DNA of 60,541 nt from Chara braunii. Lineage: Eukaryota; Plantae; Charophyceae. Below the pieces are notes generated by a model. The model made no database searches. It saw only the letters and a list, made by a program, of their open reading frames with translations, and had not been told where the DNA came from. Every line of letters starts with the position of its first letter. The stretch's first letter is position 1. The translations under genes and the position numbers were made by a program. The DNA lies in assembly GCA_003427395.1 (NCBI GenBank), contig BFEA01000004.1, positions 8,975,656 through 9,036,196 on the forward strand, read 5' to 3'. Shown here piece by piece: positions 39,893 to 53,863 of the stretch.

Positions 39893-41442
39893 ATGTTTTC
39901 TGGTAGCATGCACAGTATGTGATTATATGCGGCACTGAATCTGGTAATTGCTTATAGCATAGCAAGCTCCTTTGCTGAACAGACAACCAAGGGGAACCAG
40001 ATTAACTCATAGATGAGCATACTCGACTCCTACACAAAGAGCACGACCGTACACCAAACCATCAGCAGAAAAAGAGGATCAACAACCATAGTTTAGACCG
40101 GAAAGAAGGTGCGGGAGAGAGGAAGAACAAAAGACAACAGAATTCTTTCGGACGCGGCCCTGGATGGGTCAAAAAAAAAAAAAAAAAAAAAAAATCTGCG
40201 TTACAACCCATCCACCACCAGCAACGTGCGAAATGTCGACAGTTTCCTGACGTTCTTCAGTTCCGTGCCACTGTACCAAACAGCTAGCCGCATTAGCGCG
40301 GCCATAGGCGTTTCGGCCGGTCGCCAGCCAACCTTCATCAGGGGCCTGAATCGCGATTCGAGAAGATCCAGAATGTCGTTGGATGCATCCAGATATTTCT
40401 CCTCTCGTGAGAGTACACCTTTACTAGATTTCTATTCTATTCCATACTCGTTTTTCAAAGTTTACCGTCATTGTTGTGCTTTCTAGTGGCATGAGCACCT
40501 CAGGCACTTTATCCTCGCGCTGAAGATGCGTTCTCTTATGTGGCACTGAATCTGGCCATGACTACGGTGAGATACAGTTTGCAGGGAGCTCGACTCCCAC
40601 CACCTAGTGGTGATGAACCTGTCATCCAAGATGAAGTCTGCACTATCACCATAGTTATGGTCAGATTCATAAGTAAAAATTATTCACAACTGCATGTTTT
40701 TACTATGACTGAGTGGTAACTGATAATAAACAGATCGATCCAGTGAGCCCTTGGGGACATTCGTTAACGCCAACATCGGAGCAATAAAGAAAAAAAAAAA
40801 ATAGACTTGTGTTCCACTGAACTTACTTGAGAGAAATTCTACGAAGTCAGTCAAGCACAGCGAGTACCACGTAATAATTTTTGGGGCTCCACCTACCGGT
40901 CCTTTCGCAGTGATTGTGCAGATGGCGTCCTGCTTGAGGGAAAACCCATGGACATGTTTTGGAGCTGGGCCAGAATCGTGGTCAGATGCGTTGCACCGTC
41001 TTTCACGGAATATACTTGGCCAACTAGAGTGTACAATGGCTTTCCCAAGTTGAGATCGTACGACGTCGTTTCGAAGTTGACGAGGGTGGAAACCGCCCCC
41101 CGACGTGCTCCCACCTTCTGGACTGAAGAACGACGACGAAAATTACTGCGCCTTCTTCGTGAAGAAAACAATCATGATTCTTCAGTGGAGCCTGGCCTAC
41201 TTTGGCGAAAATCCCCGACAGAAGCCAGTGGAGCACAACCCCTTGGCATGATGATGCAATATCACAATGTCAGTAGGTGCAATACAATCATCAAACACCA
41301 TGTGCTAGGCGCACAGCGCACTGCACCGCCCCGCGCTGAAGACGAGCATGCACTGAAGAGTAGAGTAAAAACTACCGGCACATCTGTGAGCCTATCCTGC
41401 CAAACCAACCGCTTTCTGCCACGTGTCTGTTTTAGGAAGGAA

Positions 41443-41479
<37 letters not shown>

Positions 41480-41612
41480 AGAGGAGGAAGAAGAGGCATA
41501 GTCTTATCTCACTTCACTCACAAACTAAGGCGAAGGTAGAGCCCGTGCTATGTAGAGATACATAGAGTGCTACTAGTGTATGTATACTGAGCAACAACAG
41601 GCTCGAGCGGGC

Positions 41613-41643
<31 letters not shown>

Positions 41644-42227
41644 AAGAAGAAGAAGAAGAAGAAGAAAGAAAGACAGAAAGAAGAGGAGGAAGAAGAGTAA
41701 AGAAAAGCAAGAAGAAGAAGAAGAAAGAAAGACAGAAAGAAGAGGAGGAAGAAGAGTAATGAAAAGCAAGAAGAAGAAGAAGAAGAAGAAGAAGAAGAAG
41801 AAGAAGAAGGATGATGAACGACATCATGCCAAGATGCACGGCCCTTGAGAAAGGGTGACAAGATGGATTACTTCTGGTTTTTGTTGTTTTGCACCGGGCC
41901 TGCCCAGATGAGCCCGCGCACAAGTTGGGTGCTTGGGCACCCAGCAAAACAGAGCCTAGATGGGAACCGAACTGTGTGTCTAGCCGTCCTCAGCTATGTA
42001 GCTAGCTGTATATCTATGTACTATTCCAGCTCTTGCCTGCAGTTATCATCACTCACCAAAAGTTATGGCTGCATGGTCCCGCCGACACACAGTCGTGCCA
42101 AACCTCGTGGCATATGTCACATTTCATCGACTCATCCCCCACGCTTGCCACTCCCTGAATCCAAGCAGATAACACAAGACATATAACAAAACCACATCAG
42201 GCCTCGAAAGACACAACAAATGCACCT

Positions 42228-42281
<54 letters not shown>

Positions 42282-45200
42282 TTTAATACCGCCCATCCCC
42301 CTCCCCCTTCACATAATCCCGGACACTTGCACCTGCACATACCCTGTGTTAATCCTGTTGATCCTTCCCTCTGGAGTCTTTTTCACAGCATGGTAAGTAG
42401 AGGAGCCACACACAACACATCTGTCGCAAATATTTTGTTAAAAGGCCTACTTGTGCCCATGACATCATCAGAATTCTCAAATTCCACTGCAGCCCCTGCC
42501 AGAGTATACCTGGAGGTCTTAACGTCCCGTTGCTCATCATGATCACGCACCTGGCCATCTGTGCCGTCCAGATCCAGTCCACTCCAGCACCTAGTCCCCC
42601 TTTAGAATCCGCCTAAGGGAGGGGGGCGCTTGACGGGGCGCCTAAGGGGTGGGGGGGGGGGGGGGGGGGGGGGGGGGAGGAGGGGGAGCTTGAGGTGTCA
42701 AAATTACTGCACTTCATATCCCTTAGACTACTTTATAGTGTTTCTAATCTTCATTGCAGTCCCATGCATACACCACATTCCGAGTCACGAAGAGCTGCTT
42801 TGCTCATGATCGACATTCCAGACGATATACACATCAAAATGACGTAGCCTGAATTAAAATAAAAAAAAAATAAAAAAAAAGGCCTGCACTAAGAGGCCTC
42901 TCTGGAGCACTGGATGACGAGTGCTATTCATGAAATTAGTGAAGTTAAATGAACTTGTACTACTAATAGGATAATAGGGGACCCTTCATTTCCTGTGTCA
43001 TCCTTTTTCCGTAAGTCTGTAGAAGGTAGCAGTGCTTTTTACTTCATCGCCTCAGGGGATACTGGGGTGCCCTATCCCCTAAACTCCCTCTTTCCTTTTT
43101 TTTTTCCCCTTTTTTTTTCCTTTTCTTTTTTTTTTTTCCCTTTCTGTTTCGTTTCCTCGTTTCCTGGTTCCAGCCACTTCTACTTACTACTTTCACCTTC
43201 TTCTGCTGTGGACCCGTGACGTCAGACTCCTCCTTCGCAGCACCATTGCTAGCGTGAGCGCCATTGCTCTCTGACTTCTCTGCCACCCTCCCTTCAGCGC
43301 CAGCCAGGCTGTCCGTCACATTTACCTATTCGGGAAAACAACCATGCAAGCATGGGCATTAAACCCCAACGACACAACTATTGGGGGGTGTAAATGAGCA
43401 GTGTCATTAACCCCAAATAACAATTTGTTTTCAGTCACGTAGGCACAATTTGCAGACCCATTTGCAATTGCACATAAGACAATGTGGCCAACACGACATG
43501 AACTCGAGCACACATACGCTCCGGATACGATCAGCGACTAGATGCATTCCGTCAGGAAAGGGATAGCAAGCGATTTCTGAATATGTATTGTGTTAAATAA
43601 GAGAGCACATAAGCTATGAATACTGTGTTAAATAAGAGAGCACATAAGCTATGAATAAAATTATTAACCAATTACCTAATTAATTACTTAAACAGAAAGA
43701 AAAAAAAAAAGAGTACACACAAGCTGACCGGCCCGAAGAACTGGAACCAGGCCACAAAGCGGCAACAGCACCTGAAGCATAATCCTCGTTTTTTTTTTCT
43801 TTTCCCTGCTTTCTCATCCAACCCGTTTAAACCACCAGTAAGAACCCCCCNCCCCNCNCCAAACCTTGTGGTCATATATATACAAGGAGGGGGGGGGGGG
43901 GCGGTGGGGGGTGCTTTCAATGTACCAGCCTGGCAGGATCCGGTTCGATTTTTTTTTTTTTTTTTATGTTTTTTGGAAAATTTTGGACCATTGCTCAATT
44001 TATGTGTGTCATCCTTGCACAGAGGCCATGCTGGTTCAATTCATTCGGGGGCAAAATAACATTAGGTTGAGCAATCTACGGATGCCATGTGGACGCTTTA
44101 CCAGTTAGAATCTCGTTTCGGGATACCAGAGCGTTTGATGGAACGGAAAAGTAAAAGTACCAGAAATGGAAGGCAGATTTCAGAAAATCGCTGTTTGACT
44201 GTCGGTACACCCACTTACTTATTCATTCATTGACTACTAGGTTCTGAGCATTTTCGGTTTTTTTCCCTGCCCGCGAGAAGTAAGGATGGCTGATCCGCTT
44301 GAGGCATTTCGTTTCGTTTGGTAAATCAACACACAACAAAGATTGTATCTTGGGTCCAAATTTCTCTCCAAAACCGATACTGTCAGTTCCGTCAGGAGCA
44401 TGAGTTCCAGTGGTAGATCGGCTAAGGACGCACATTTTTCCGGCATGAAGTCATCGGTTCGAGTCCCGTTGTCATCAAACCACAACTCCCCTTGCAAGTC
44501 CATGTGGTTCAGATGGTAGACAGCATCATATCCCATGGAAACTTGGTAAGGGAAAAAAGCGCCCGGTTTAAGTCTGGTCATATGGTGGGTCCGAAATATT
44601 CTTCTTTGCTTTTTTTGAATTTTTTCCTTTTTCCCGAAACAGATTCGGCTCCTACTCTAGGAGGAGCACCGGTTGGCTTTCCATTCCACCAGCAGCATTT
44701 GATCTTTTTCTGAGCTTTTCCGGACGAAACAGAAATCAAATTTCATCCATTCGCAGACAGCTACCATTTTCCACAAGCAAGTGGTCCCGCCTTCAATCAC
44801 TCGGGACATACGCACGCTAGCACTTCGTTAACTGTCTGACTGCAAATAAGGCCCAGCGCAGAGGTATCCGACTCCGATCGCGTCCAGAGCTCATTCGGAA
44901 AAGTACTAGTGTGACTATGCCCTTACCGTGAATCAGAAAGAATGAGCACCTATTCTTATTTTCCTGTGAGGAAAGAAGGACGGAAGGAAAGAGGAGGGAC
45001 GGAGGGAGGGAGGGATTAAGTAGTCAAGGAAGTAAGGAAGGAAAGAGGAGGGAGGAGGGAGGAGGGAGGGATTAAACCACCAGTACACCCGAGCCTGCAG
45101 GGGCCCCTTGCTGCACGCCAAGGTTTTCCGAACCGCCAGCGGCGCACTTTTCTCCTTTTTTGGCTGGCTCCCCCAGCCATCGTGGTCCAGTAGGCCGAGC

Positions 45201-47780
45201 CTCCGAAATTTCCGTAGGCGACGAGTTTCTTTTTCAGAAAGGCCAAGGCCGTGTACTGGCGGTTTAAGGAGTAGACAAAGGAAGGAAGGAAAGAGGAGGG
45301 GAGGACTCAAGGAAGGAAGGAAGGAAGGAAGGAAGGAAGATAGGGAGATGATGGGGAAGAGTGACTGGGGATAGATAGCAAGGAAGGACATGGAAAACGG
45401 GGAGAAGATTCGACAAAAGAAAAATGATGAGGGAAATAAAAAATGGCTGAGAAAGGAAAAGGAAAAGAAGACGGGCTTCTCCAGTGCGAGAGAGGGAAAA
45501 GGAGAGAGCTGGCGGGGCAATCTTACCCTGGGTCGTTTCTTTGAACTTGCACCATATTTCACCTTGGTGAGTAGCTGAAAAACATAGGATGGCAGCTCTG
45601 TACTTCGCCCATACGTAAGCATACATACATGCATACACAAAAAAAAGGAAATGGAACGTTTCCATTAGTGCGTGTACATGAGGACCCATTTCATTTCCAC
45701 GTAGAGTCCCAACCCACCACTCCGACTAGAATTCCCGAACAGCAAGCTACGACAAACTTTCATGGCTAGCTACGACACACTTTCACACCTAAAAATAGCC
45801 ATGAAGGGACGGCCTCCAAAAGCGGCCCTCCACTGGCACTGACAAAAGAACAAGGGGAAAAAAACAAAAGTTGAAAAAACTAATATGATTTTGTAGTTAT
45901 ATACAATGAAAACCAATGTACCGTGATCCGTAACTGGACCAGGTTCCCTCCCCCACTTGTAACTCTTGTTCCATGTTCAGACAAAGCCTCCTGAGGATCT
46001 CGTGATGATCGTCCAAACAAATCAGCAGTCAGATTCAGTGCATGTCCTAAGTTCACACTGGTCAGATTTATGCAGCAGAAGACAGAGACAGTGCCTATGA
46101 CTGATTGCTATATAATCGGTTATAATGGGGTACCCATGAGCCATGATTGGCTATATACTCGTCTATAATGAGTTATAATGGGCTCTAATGGGCTCTGATG
46201 GGCACTAATGGGCTCTAATGGGCTATACCAAATGGGCTAAAAAGTCCTACAAAGGGCTATAATCGGCAGACAGGCCAGATTTGCCCAGCAGATGACAAAG
46301 ACTTAGGCTATGACTGGATAGAATTGGTTATACGATCAGTTTGTCTGACTTGGTCAGCTATTTGAATAGGCCTGAGAGAAGCCACCCCTACAGTAGTCCA
46401 AGAGGATTTGGATGGTTCTAACTTCTAACCTACCCACCGTCTTCACCCGAATAGAATGCCTGGTCATTATAGCTGTATTTGGCACAACTTTCGGCCCAGA
46501 TACGGCGATAATTACCGGGCGTTCTATTTGGGTTAGTGTGGTGGTCATCCAAATCGTCTTGGGGTTAAAACCATCCAAATCCTCTTGGACTATTCTAGCC
46601 AATTCTACCTACAGGGGAATGGCCGCTACCGTGTCAGCGAGATGGATGGACGATTGGATGTACGTATGCATGAATGGACGGATAGACGGATGGATGGAGA
46701 GAAACGGGGTGCGTGGATGGATGGATAGATGCATTTGCATTGTCACCGGAATAACTAGGTCGGCACAGGAAATTGCTGAGTGTAAATAAGCTGGATACTA
46801 GGCTACCAGGGGCATCTGGCCGGGCACCCGTGCAGGTCACCTGGCCATGTGGTCACCCGTGGTACCCCGGGTATGTAAAAACTTGAGGATTTTTTTTTTT
46901 TTTTTCCATTCGTGGGGCTTTACGGCGCCTGGCAAAATCAGCCCAATCCGTTTTTTTTTTTTTTTTTTCAATGCTGTCCCTCATNNNNNNNNNNNNNNNN
47001 NNNNNNNNNNNNNNNNNNNNNNNNNNNNNNNNNNNNNNNNNNNNNNNNNNNNNNNNNNNNNNNNNNNNNNNNNNNNNNNNNNNNNNNNNNNNNNNNNNNN
47101 NNNNNNNNNNNNNNNNNNNNNNNNNNNNNNNNNNNNNNNNNNNNNNNNNNNNNNNNNNNNNNNNNNNNNNNNNNNNNNNNNNNNNNNNNNNNNNNNNNNN
47201 NNNNNNNNNNNNNNNNNNNNNNNNNNNNNNNNNNNNNNNNNNNNNNNNNNNNNNNNNNNNNNNNNNNNNNNNNNNNNNNNNNNNNNNNNNNNNNNNNNNN
47301 NNNNNNNNNNNNNNNNNNNNNNNNNNNNNNNNNNNNNNNNNNNNNNNNNNNNNNNNNNNNNNNNNNNNNNNNNNNNNNNNNNNNNNNNNNNNNNNNNNNN
47401 NNNNNNNNNNNNNNNNNNNNNNNNNNNNNNNNNNNNNNNNNNNNNNNNNNNNNNNNNNNNNNNNNNNNNNNNNNNNNNNNNNNNNNNNNNNNNNNNNNNN
47501 NNNNNNNNNNNNNNNNNNNNNNNNNNNNNNNNNNNNNNNNNNNNNNNNNNNNNNNNNNNNNNNNNNNNNNNNNNNNNNNNNNNNNNNNNNNNNNNNNNNN
47601 NNNNNNNNNNNNNNNNNNNNNNNNNNNNNNNNNNNNNNNNNNNNNNNNNNNNNNNNNNNNNNNNNNNNNNNNNNNNNNNNNNNNNNNNNNNNNNNNNNNN
47701 NNNNNNNNNNNNNNNNNNNNNNNNNNNNNNNNNNNNNNNNNNNNNNNNNNNNNNNNNNNNNNNNNNNNNNNNNNNNNNNN

Positions 47781-47834
<54 letters not shown>

Positions 47835-50271
47835 TACTCTCTCTCTCTCCCCTGCACTGTTCATCCCCCGATGCTCCTTGGTACTGTTACGCCTCCCTTT
47901 GATGTCCTAGATCTACCCTGAATGCCTCTGCGGTGTGCCTTGTCAAGCGTGGGCGGCTATGGCCGCCGGTTGTCTTCCTTCATCTCGTCGGGCTTATTGT
48001 CGTCTTCCTCCTCCAGCGCTCTTCTTCGCCCAGGTTGCTAGTTCGCACAAGCTCTATCACCGCTTCGACAAAATTGTGAAATGAACACCTGACTCCATTT
48101 CGGCACTGTAGCCCAAAATATGTAGTTGCAGTGGGCTGTGGGTGCCTGCTTCAATCGGTACCGACCTCCTTCCGCCTCTGCCTTGCCAAATTGCTATTTT
48201 GGGAAAGTTCCCAACTTTCTTGTGAGGCTGCTGCAAAACTGGACCTTCGGGGACTTGACGTGCTCCTACAGGTACCGTACTCTACTGACCTGTGACGCCT
48301 ACACCTGCAGACCCTAGGACACAGCCACCGGTAGGGCCTGGGATTGCAATAATTAGGGGCAATAATTATGCTCCTCGGGAACCGGGACTGGGAAAGCTTG
48401 CCGTGTGAATCCATTCAAATACCATACCTGAAAGGGCGAGAAGTAAGAGCACCTTGAGGGGTCACAAATCAATGGCAGAGAGACGCGGACCCACTAAACC
48501 ACCACTCCCCCCGCCTGGCCTTACGGACCGGGTTCTTAGGGGGGGCGGCGACCAGCAGGTGCAGGCGGGCCCAATCCCGCAATTTTCAAGCGCCAACTTT
48601 GGCGTTTTTCGAGCACAGACGAATTAACGAAAAAATCTGAAAATTTGAGATGTTGTAGGAAAAAAAAAAAAAAAAATGGACCGTGAAATAAATGCCGCGC
48701 CGAGTCCTCACATTTTCCATTTTCGCCACTCTACCACGTGAGGGCCAACGCGAAAAGTACCCTAACTTCCACGAAATTTGCAGGGCCTGTGGATTTTGTC
48801 GTGGTCTTGCCAGGAAAAATATTTAAAAAAAAAACAAAAACATTTAGACCATGAAATAAATGCCACTACAATTTATCTCATTGTCCATTTTTTCCGCTCT
48901 ACCACGTGTGGGCCAACGGGAAAAGTACCTCAACTTCAGCGATTTTTCACGATCAAAAGAATGTGTCAAGAAATCTGAAAATTGAAGGGTCAGTACATTT
49001 GGTCGCGTTCTTTCCACAAAACTATTTAAAAAAATAGAAAAAATCATTTAGGCCACGAGATCAATCGCAGCGGCAATTCGACGCATTTTCCATTTTTGCC
49101 ACTCCCCTGGTTCTCTCCACTGTGCTACCGGTAGCCCGCTTGAACCAATGCTACCGGTCCCCCCGAATTTAGGCCTGTCGCGGTTTACTCAGTCTATGTT
49201 GCAACAATGGCCTGTATTTTGGGCAACTTTCAGTCCACATACAGCGAGAATGACCGAAAGTTCTAATCGGGGGGGAGACGGTAGATGTTTGCAACGATAG
49301 TATTAGCTTTTGAACTTTTTTTTCCTTCCTCAACTTTTTTTTTTTTTTTTTTTTTTTTGTTTTGCACCGACGATGAGCTGAATACCTCCTACTAGGAGAG
49401 AGGAACAAATATAGTGTTTCCGGTTGTTGTTGTGCAGTATTGCTTCCATGACATAAAGAGCACGGAGCCGCAATAGCTCAAAAGAAAGCGAGGGAGGAAA
49501 AAAAAAAAAAAGAAAAGGATTAGCCTGGGCAACGAAATTTTAATTCTCTGTTTATATTTAGTTATCAGTCTTCTTTTTGGCCGAGCCTAGAAATGCCCTG
49601 GACACCCACAAAAAGAAACGAACCGTTGTTTTTTTTTTTTTTTTTTTTTTTTTTTTTGGCAGATGCTGCCAGCCATTTAGCTCCGCTAGGACATGCCGCA
49701 AAAGTCCTCTCCAGCAAATTTTGTTCATAAATTTCATGCTCTCTTCCCTCTCACCAAGGATTACTACTACTTTTTTTTTGGTTCTATCCATCTTCAGGGA
49801 CCAAAGGATTCGATAAATCAAAATAACGAAATTCTCGATTAGCAGCGCGTTGACAGCCGCGCCGGGAAAAAAAATGGCTGGGAAACGTATATATATATGA
49901 TTATTACAAAAAAAACTCAATGGAATCGATGGACATCTCACTGCCACACACATCTGGCTGGGACTGCATGAACCCACCAGTACCATTTTAACAAATCGAA
50001 TTTCCATTGGTATGTTCTGGTGCTAGGTTAAGATAAAACCACTCGCTCACCGTTTGTCGAAGACACAAGGCACACCTCATCCCCTGGGTGAAGCACAGCA
50101 CGTGAACCTTTCCCAATTAACGACCCATTCACATACGTGCCATTCTTACTGAAAGAAAAGGAACGCCACACACACACACACACACACACACAAACAAACA
50201 CACACACAAAAGCACACACAGAAAAAGACAGACGCACACACGCACACAAACACAAAAGCACACAGAAATAG

Positions 50272-50306
<35 letters not shown>

Positions 50307-50513
50307 AACAAACACACACAAAAGCACACACAGAAAGAGACAGACGCACACACGCACACAAACACAAAACCACACAGAAATAGACACACACACACACACA
50401 CACAGACAAAAACACAAAATGATGCACCACAGCCCTAGTGTCATGATTGGAAACCATACCTGCGGCGCAATTGTGCGGTGTGCCATGGGGTGCGGTGCGC
50501 TGGACACCAGTGC

Positions 50514-50566
<53 letters not shown>

Positions 50567-53500
50567 NNNNNNNNNNNNNNNNNNNGAGAAGAGGCTGTTA
50601 TGTGTGAGAATACGCGAGAGAGAGAGAGAGAGAGAGAGAGAGCAAAGTTCAGCAAACAAATAGCTTCTTAACATTTATTAGAAAACCCCTGCGGGTTATC
50701 CAAGAGGCCCCTGCAAAGAATTAGCAGGGGCCTCCTCAACATGAACGAGTCAATGGTCATAGTCATGTTAGAGGTGTGGCAGGCCAAGTATATATGCTGT
50801 TGATTCACATTGAGGTCCGTGTTTCAGCAGTTATGGGACCACTGAGCACGCGAGTTTTTGGGCCGTAGCAGGCCAACTCAGCACGTGCTTTTCAGGGCTT
50901 CCCTCCACTACTCACCAAATGTGCAAAACTAGAATGAATCTTCTGCTAGAACATGGAACCATACGTCGCCATATGTTTTGTCTTTTGTGCAACCGGTAAC
51001 GAGTGGAGCAAGGCCCTTAGGGCCACTGCTCGTAGGAAAAGGAAACAAAAGAAGAGAGGAATGAATCTTCTGCTGGAACATGGAACCATACGCCGCCATA
51101 TGTTTTGTCTTTNGTGCAAGTAGTGACGAGTGCAGCAAGGCTCTTAGGGCCACTGCTCGTAGGAAAACGAAACAAAAGAAAGAGAGAGCCACGGTAGTAA
51201 TGTAACCCATAACTGCTAGAAAGCAGACCTCACTTCGAAACCAGAACATATATTGGTGGCCTGCTCGTTTCTCACACGAATTTTGCTCAACCTCTCTCGA
51301 GATGTTGGGAGTCTGGGGACCCTTGCATATACGCTGCTGGGGTCTTTTAGGCAATAGACCATTTAACAAGGAACATGTGGGCCTAATTTCTTTTTCTGTG
51401 CCCTTTGATTTTTTAGAAGGGAGGGGCACCATTGGCTACCTCAGCCAGCCCTTTCCGAATTTTTTTTTAATACCTTATTTATTGGGGTGCGCCGCATGAC
51501 GTGCGTGCGCATGCTTGCGCGTGCGCTATGCGCCGCACGTGCGGAGCTAGCGCAGACGCGATGCGCCGCAGGTATGTTAGAAACACATGCTATGTTTCCA
51601 CAAATGGATTGAACAGTAGGTCCATGTAATTGATCATTTACATTACATGTGCACGTGCACATGCATGAGGACAAAGACAAAAGCATACCCAATCAACCAA
51701 TGCCAGGCCAACGAAAACAACACTAAACCAAAAAAAAAAAAAAAAAAACAAAGCCAACGTGTTTAGGCAATCGTCTACAGCTCACACTGTCGACGGTTGC
51801 CATACGGGCTTTTTCCATAAGAAACAGCAGTTTCTTGGGTGTGTCGGTCGGAAGGGAGGAGGCGGTGGACTTCAATGCTACTATTTCCTATTTGAACCCC
51901 CCCCTGCTCCATACGAGCTTTTTTCATAAGAAACGGCAGTTTCTTGGGTTTCACTGTCTGTCTTACGACTCCATGTCTTGAGAGTGAGATTCTTGCCTAC
52001 TTTGTCAATTGCCCATTGCCGAAAGCCAAACCAAAACCAAACCAAAACCAAAATTAACACTGAAGCAAAGCCAAACCAAGTCATACCAAAAAACAAGATA
52101 AAGAAAGAAAAAGAAGAATCACCCACAGAAAAATAGCGGTAGTTTGCATTAGAACGTCACCACTTGAATTGCAGGATGTGTCCGCAACAATGAAAGCAAA
52201 CGACAAGGAAACGAGTCCCTATTATAACGTTCGATCTCCATAAGACCCACGTTTCATCCAATACGTAGAATAATGACGGAGGAGAGTCCGGAGACAAAGG
52301 AAAGCAGAATCAGTCATAGCTGCGACCTCTACACTTTTTTTTCACAGCAAGGTAAAAGCATCTTGCCTGCCATTTCTGTTTCGCAAATATTCAAAACTCT
52401 CGTCATCCATTTCCAAAAAAACGTGTTTGTCATTCTGTGAAAATGCTGTAAATTCAAGGTACTTTCGTTTTTTCGTTTTTTTCTTTTTTTTTTTTTGCAC
52501 CGCAAGGATTTCTCAGTAATTTTCCCAAAAGTGCCAAAGGCTAGAGCAGCTTTCACGACTGCTGCTATGCAGATGCACCGACACGTCAGAGACCCGATCC
52601 CAGTCCCGCAGAGTTGCCTGTTCTTGCTACCAAACCAAACCAAACCAAACCACGCTATGCAGACTAAACCAACCAATCATGGATGATGTCGAAGAGAGGG
52701 AAAAAACAGACAGCCTAGATAATGTGGATGAAGTGTAGGTGATGTGGATGATGTCGACGAGAAACGAAACGGATAACACGGATAGTGTGGATGTGGATAA
52801 TGTGGATAATGTGGATAATCTGCACAACGTCCATAATTTGGACGATGACCATAATTTGGATGATGAATGTGGATAATGTGGATGATGTGGATAATGTGGA
52901 ATCATTGAGGATAAACGAGTAATCGTTGTGGATAATGTAGAATCATTGTGGATAATGTGGATAATGTGGATAATGTGGATAATGTGGAATCAATGTGGAA
53001 TCAATGTGGATAATTTGGATAATTTGGATGATGTGGATAATGTGGATACATTGTGGATAACTTGCATCATGTGGATTATTTGGATGATGTAGATTATTTG
53101 GATAAGGTGGATAATGTGGAATAATTGTGGATAATGTGGATAATGTGGATAATGTGGAAAATGTGGAAAATGTGGATAACTTGGATAATGTGGAATCATT
53201 GTGGATAACTGTGGATAATGTGGAACATCGTGGATAATTGTGGATAATTTGGATGATGTGGATGATGTGGAACACAACAGTTGATGAGAATGAACAATGA
53301 CTGTAGGGAAAAGAACCACCACGTGAGAACACAACAATTTTGAGATGCAAGAGGTCACTGAAGATCAATAAAGAGTTGATTAAGCCGAGTTGAAAGCAGA
53401 ATGGCAAGGCCGAGAGCACACCAGACCAAATCAAGAACACACTGATCACAACAAAAAAGCCCTCCTTGCACCTTCAACAATCAATACAACAACAGAGGAG

Positions 53501-53720
53501 CAGCCCTAGCTACTCTCCGACACAAACTAAGCCACTTACTACCTCTCGCACTCTCCATTCTCCTCTCGCCAGATGTCACCGAGGAGTCGGATCACGGAGG
53601 CACTTATCTGTCACACAACAGGTAAGTGTCCACTCGTTCCCACCACCGCTCTCCTTCCCTGTCGTACCCTGATCACTCACCACCTTCTCCCACACACAGC
53701 ACTCCGCTCACCCAGCTTTG

Positions 53721-53756
<36 letters not shown>

Positions 53757-53777
53757 CGCCGCACTCACCCAGCTATG

Positions 53778-53863
<86 letters not shown>

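Noticed and set aside
41810-41861. WHDVV peptide resembling the CHFR RING
   Set aside because: No flanking cysteines or splice sites; the true RING exon is at 42057-42154.
52715-53272. (TGTGGATAA)n is the reverse complement of the bacterial DnaA box TTATCCACA
   Set aside because: It is a degenerate head-to-tail minisatellite inside a eukaryotic intron with no bacterial context, so the match is coincidental.
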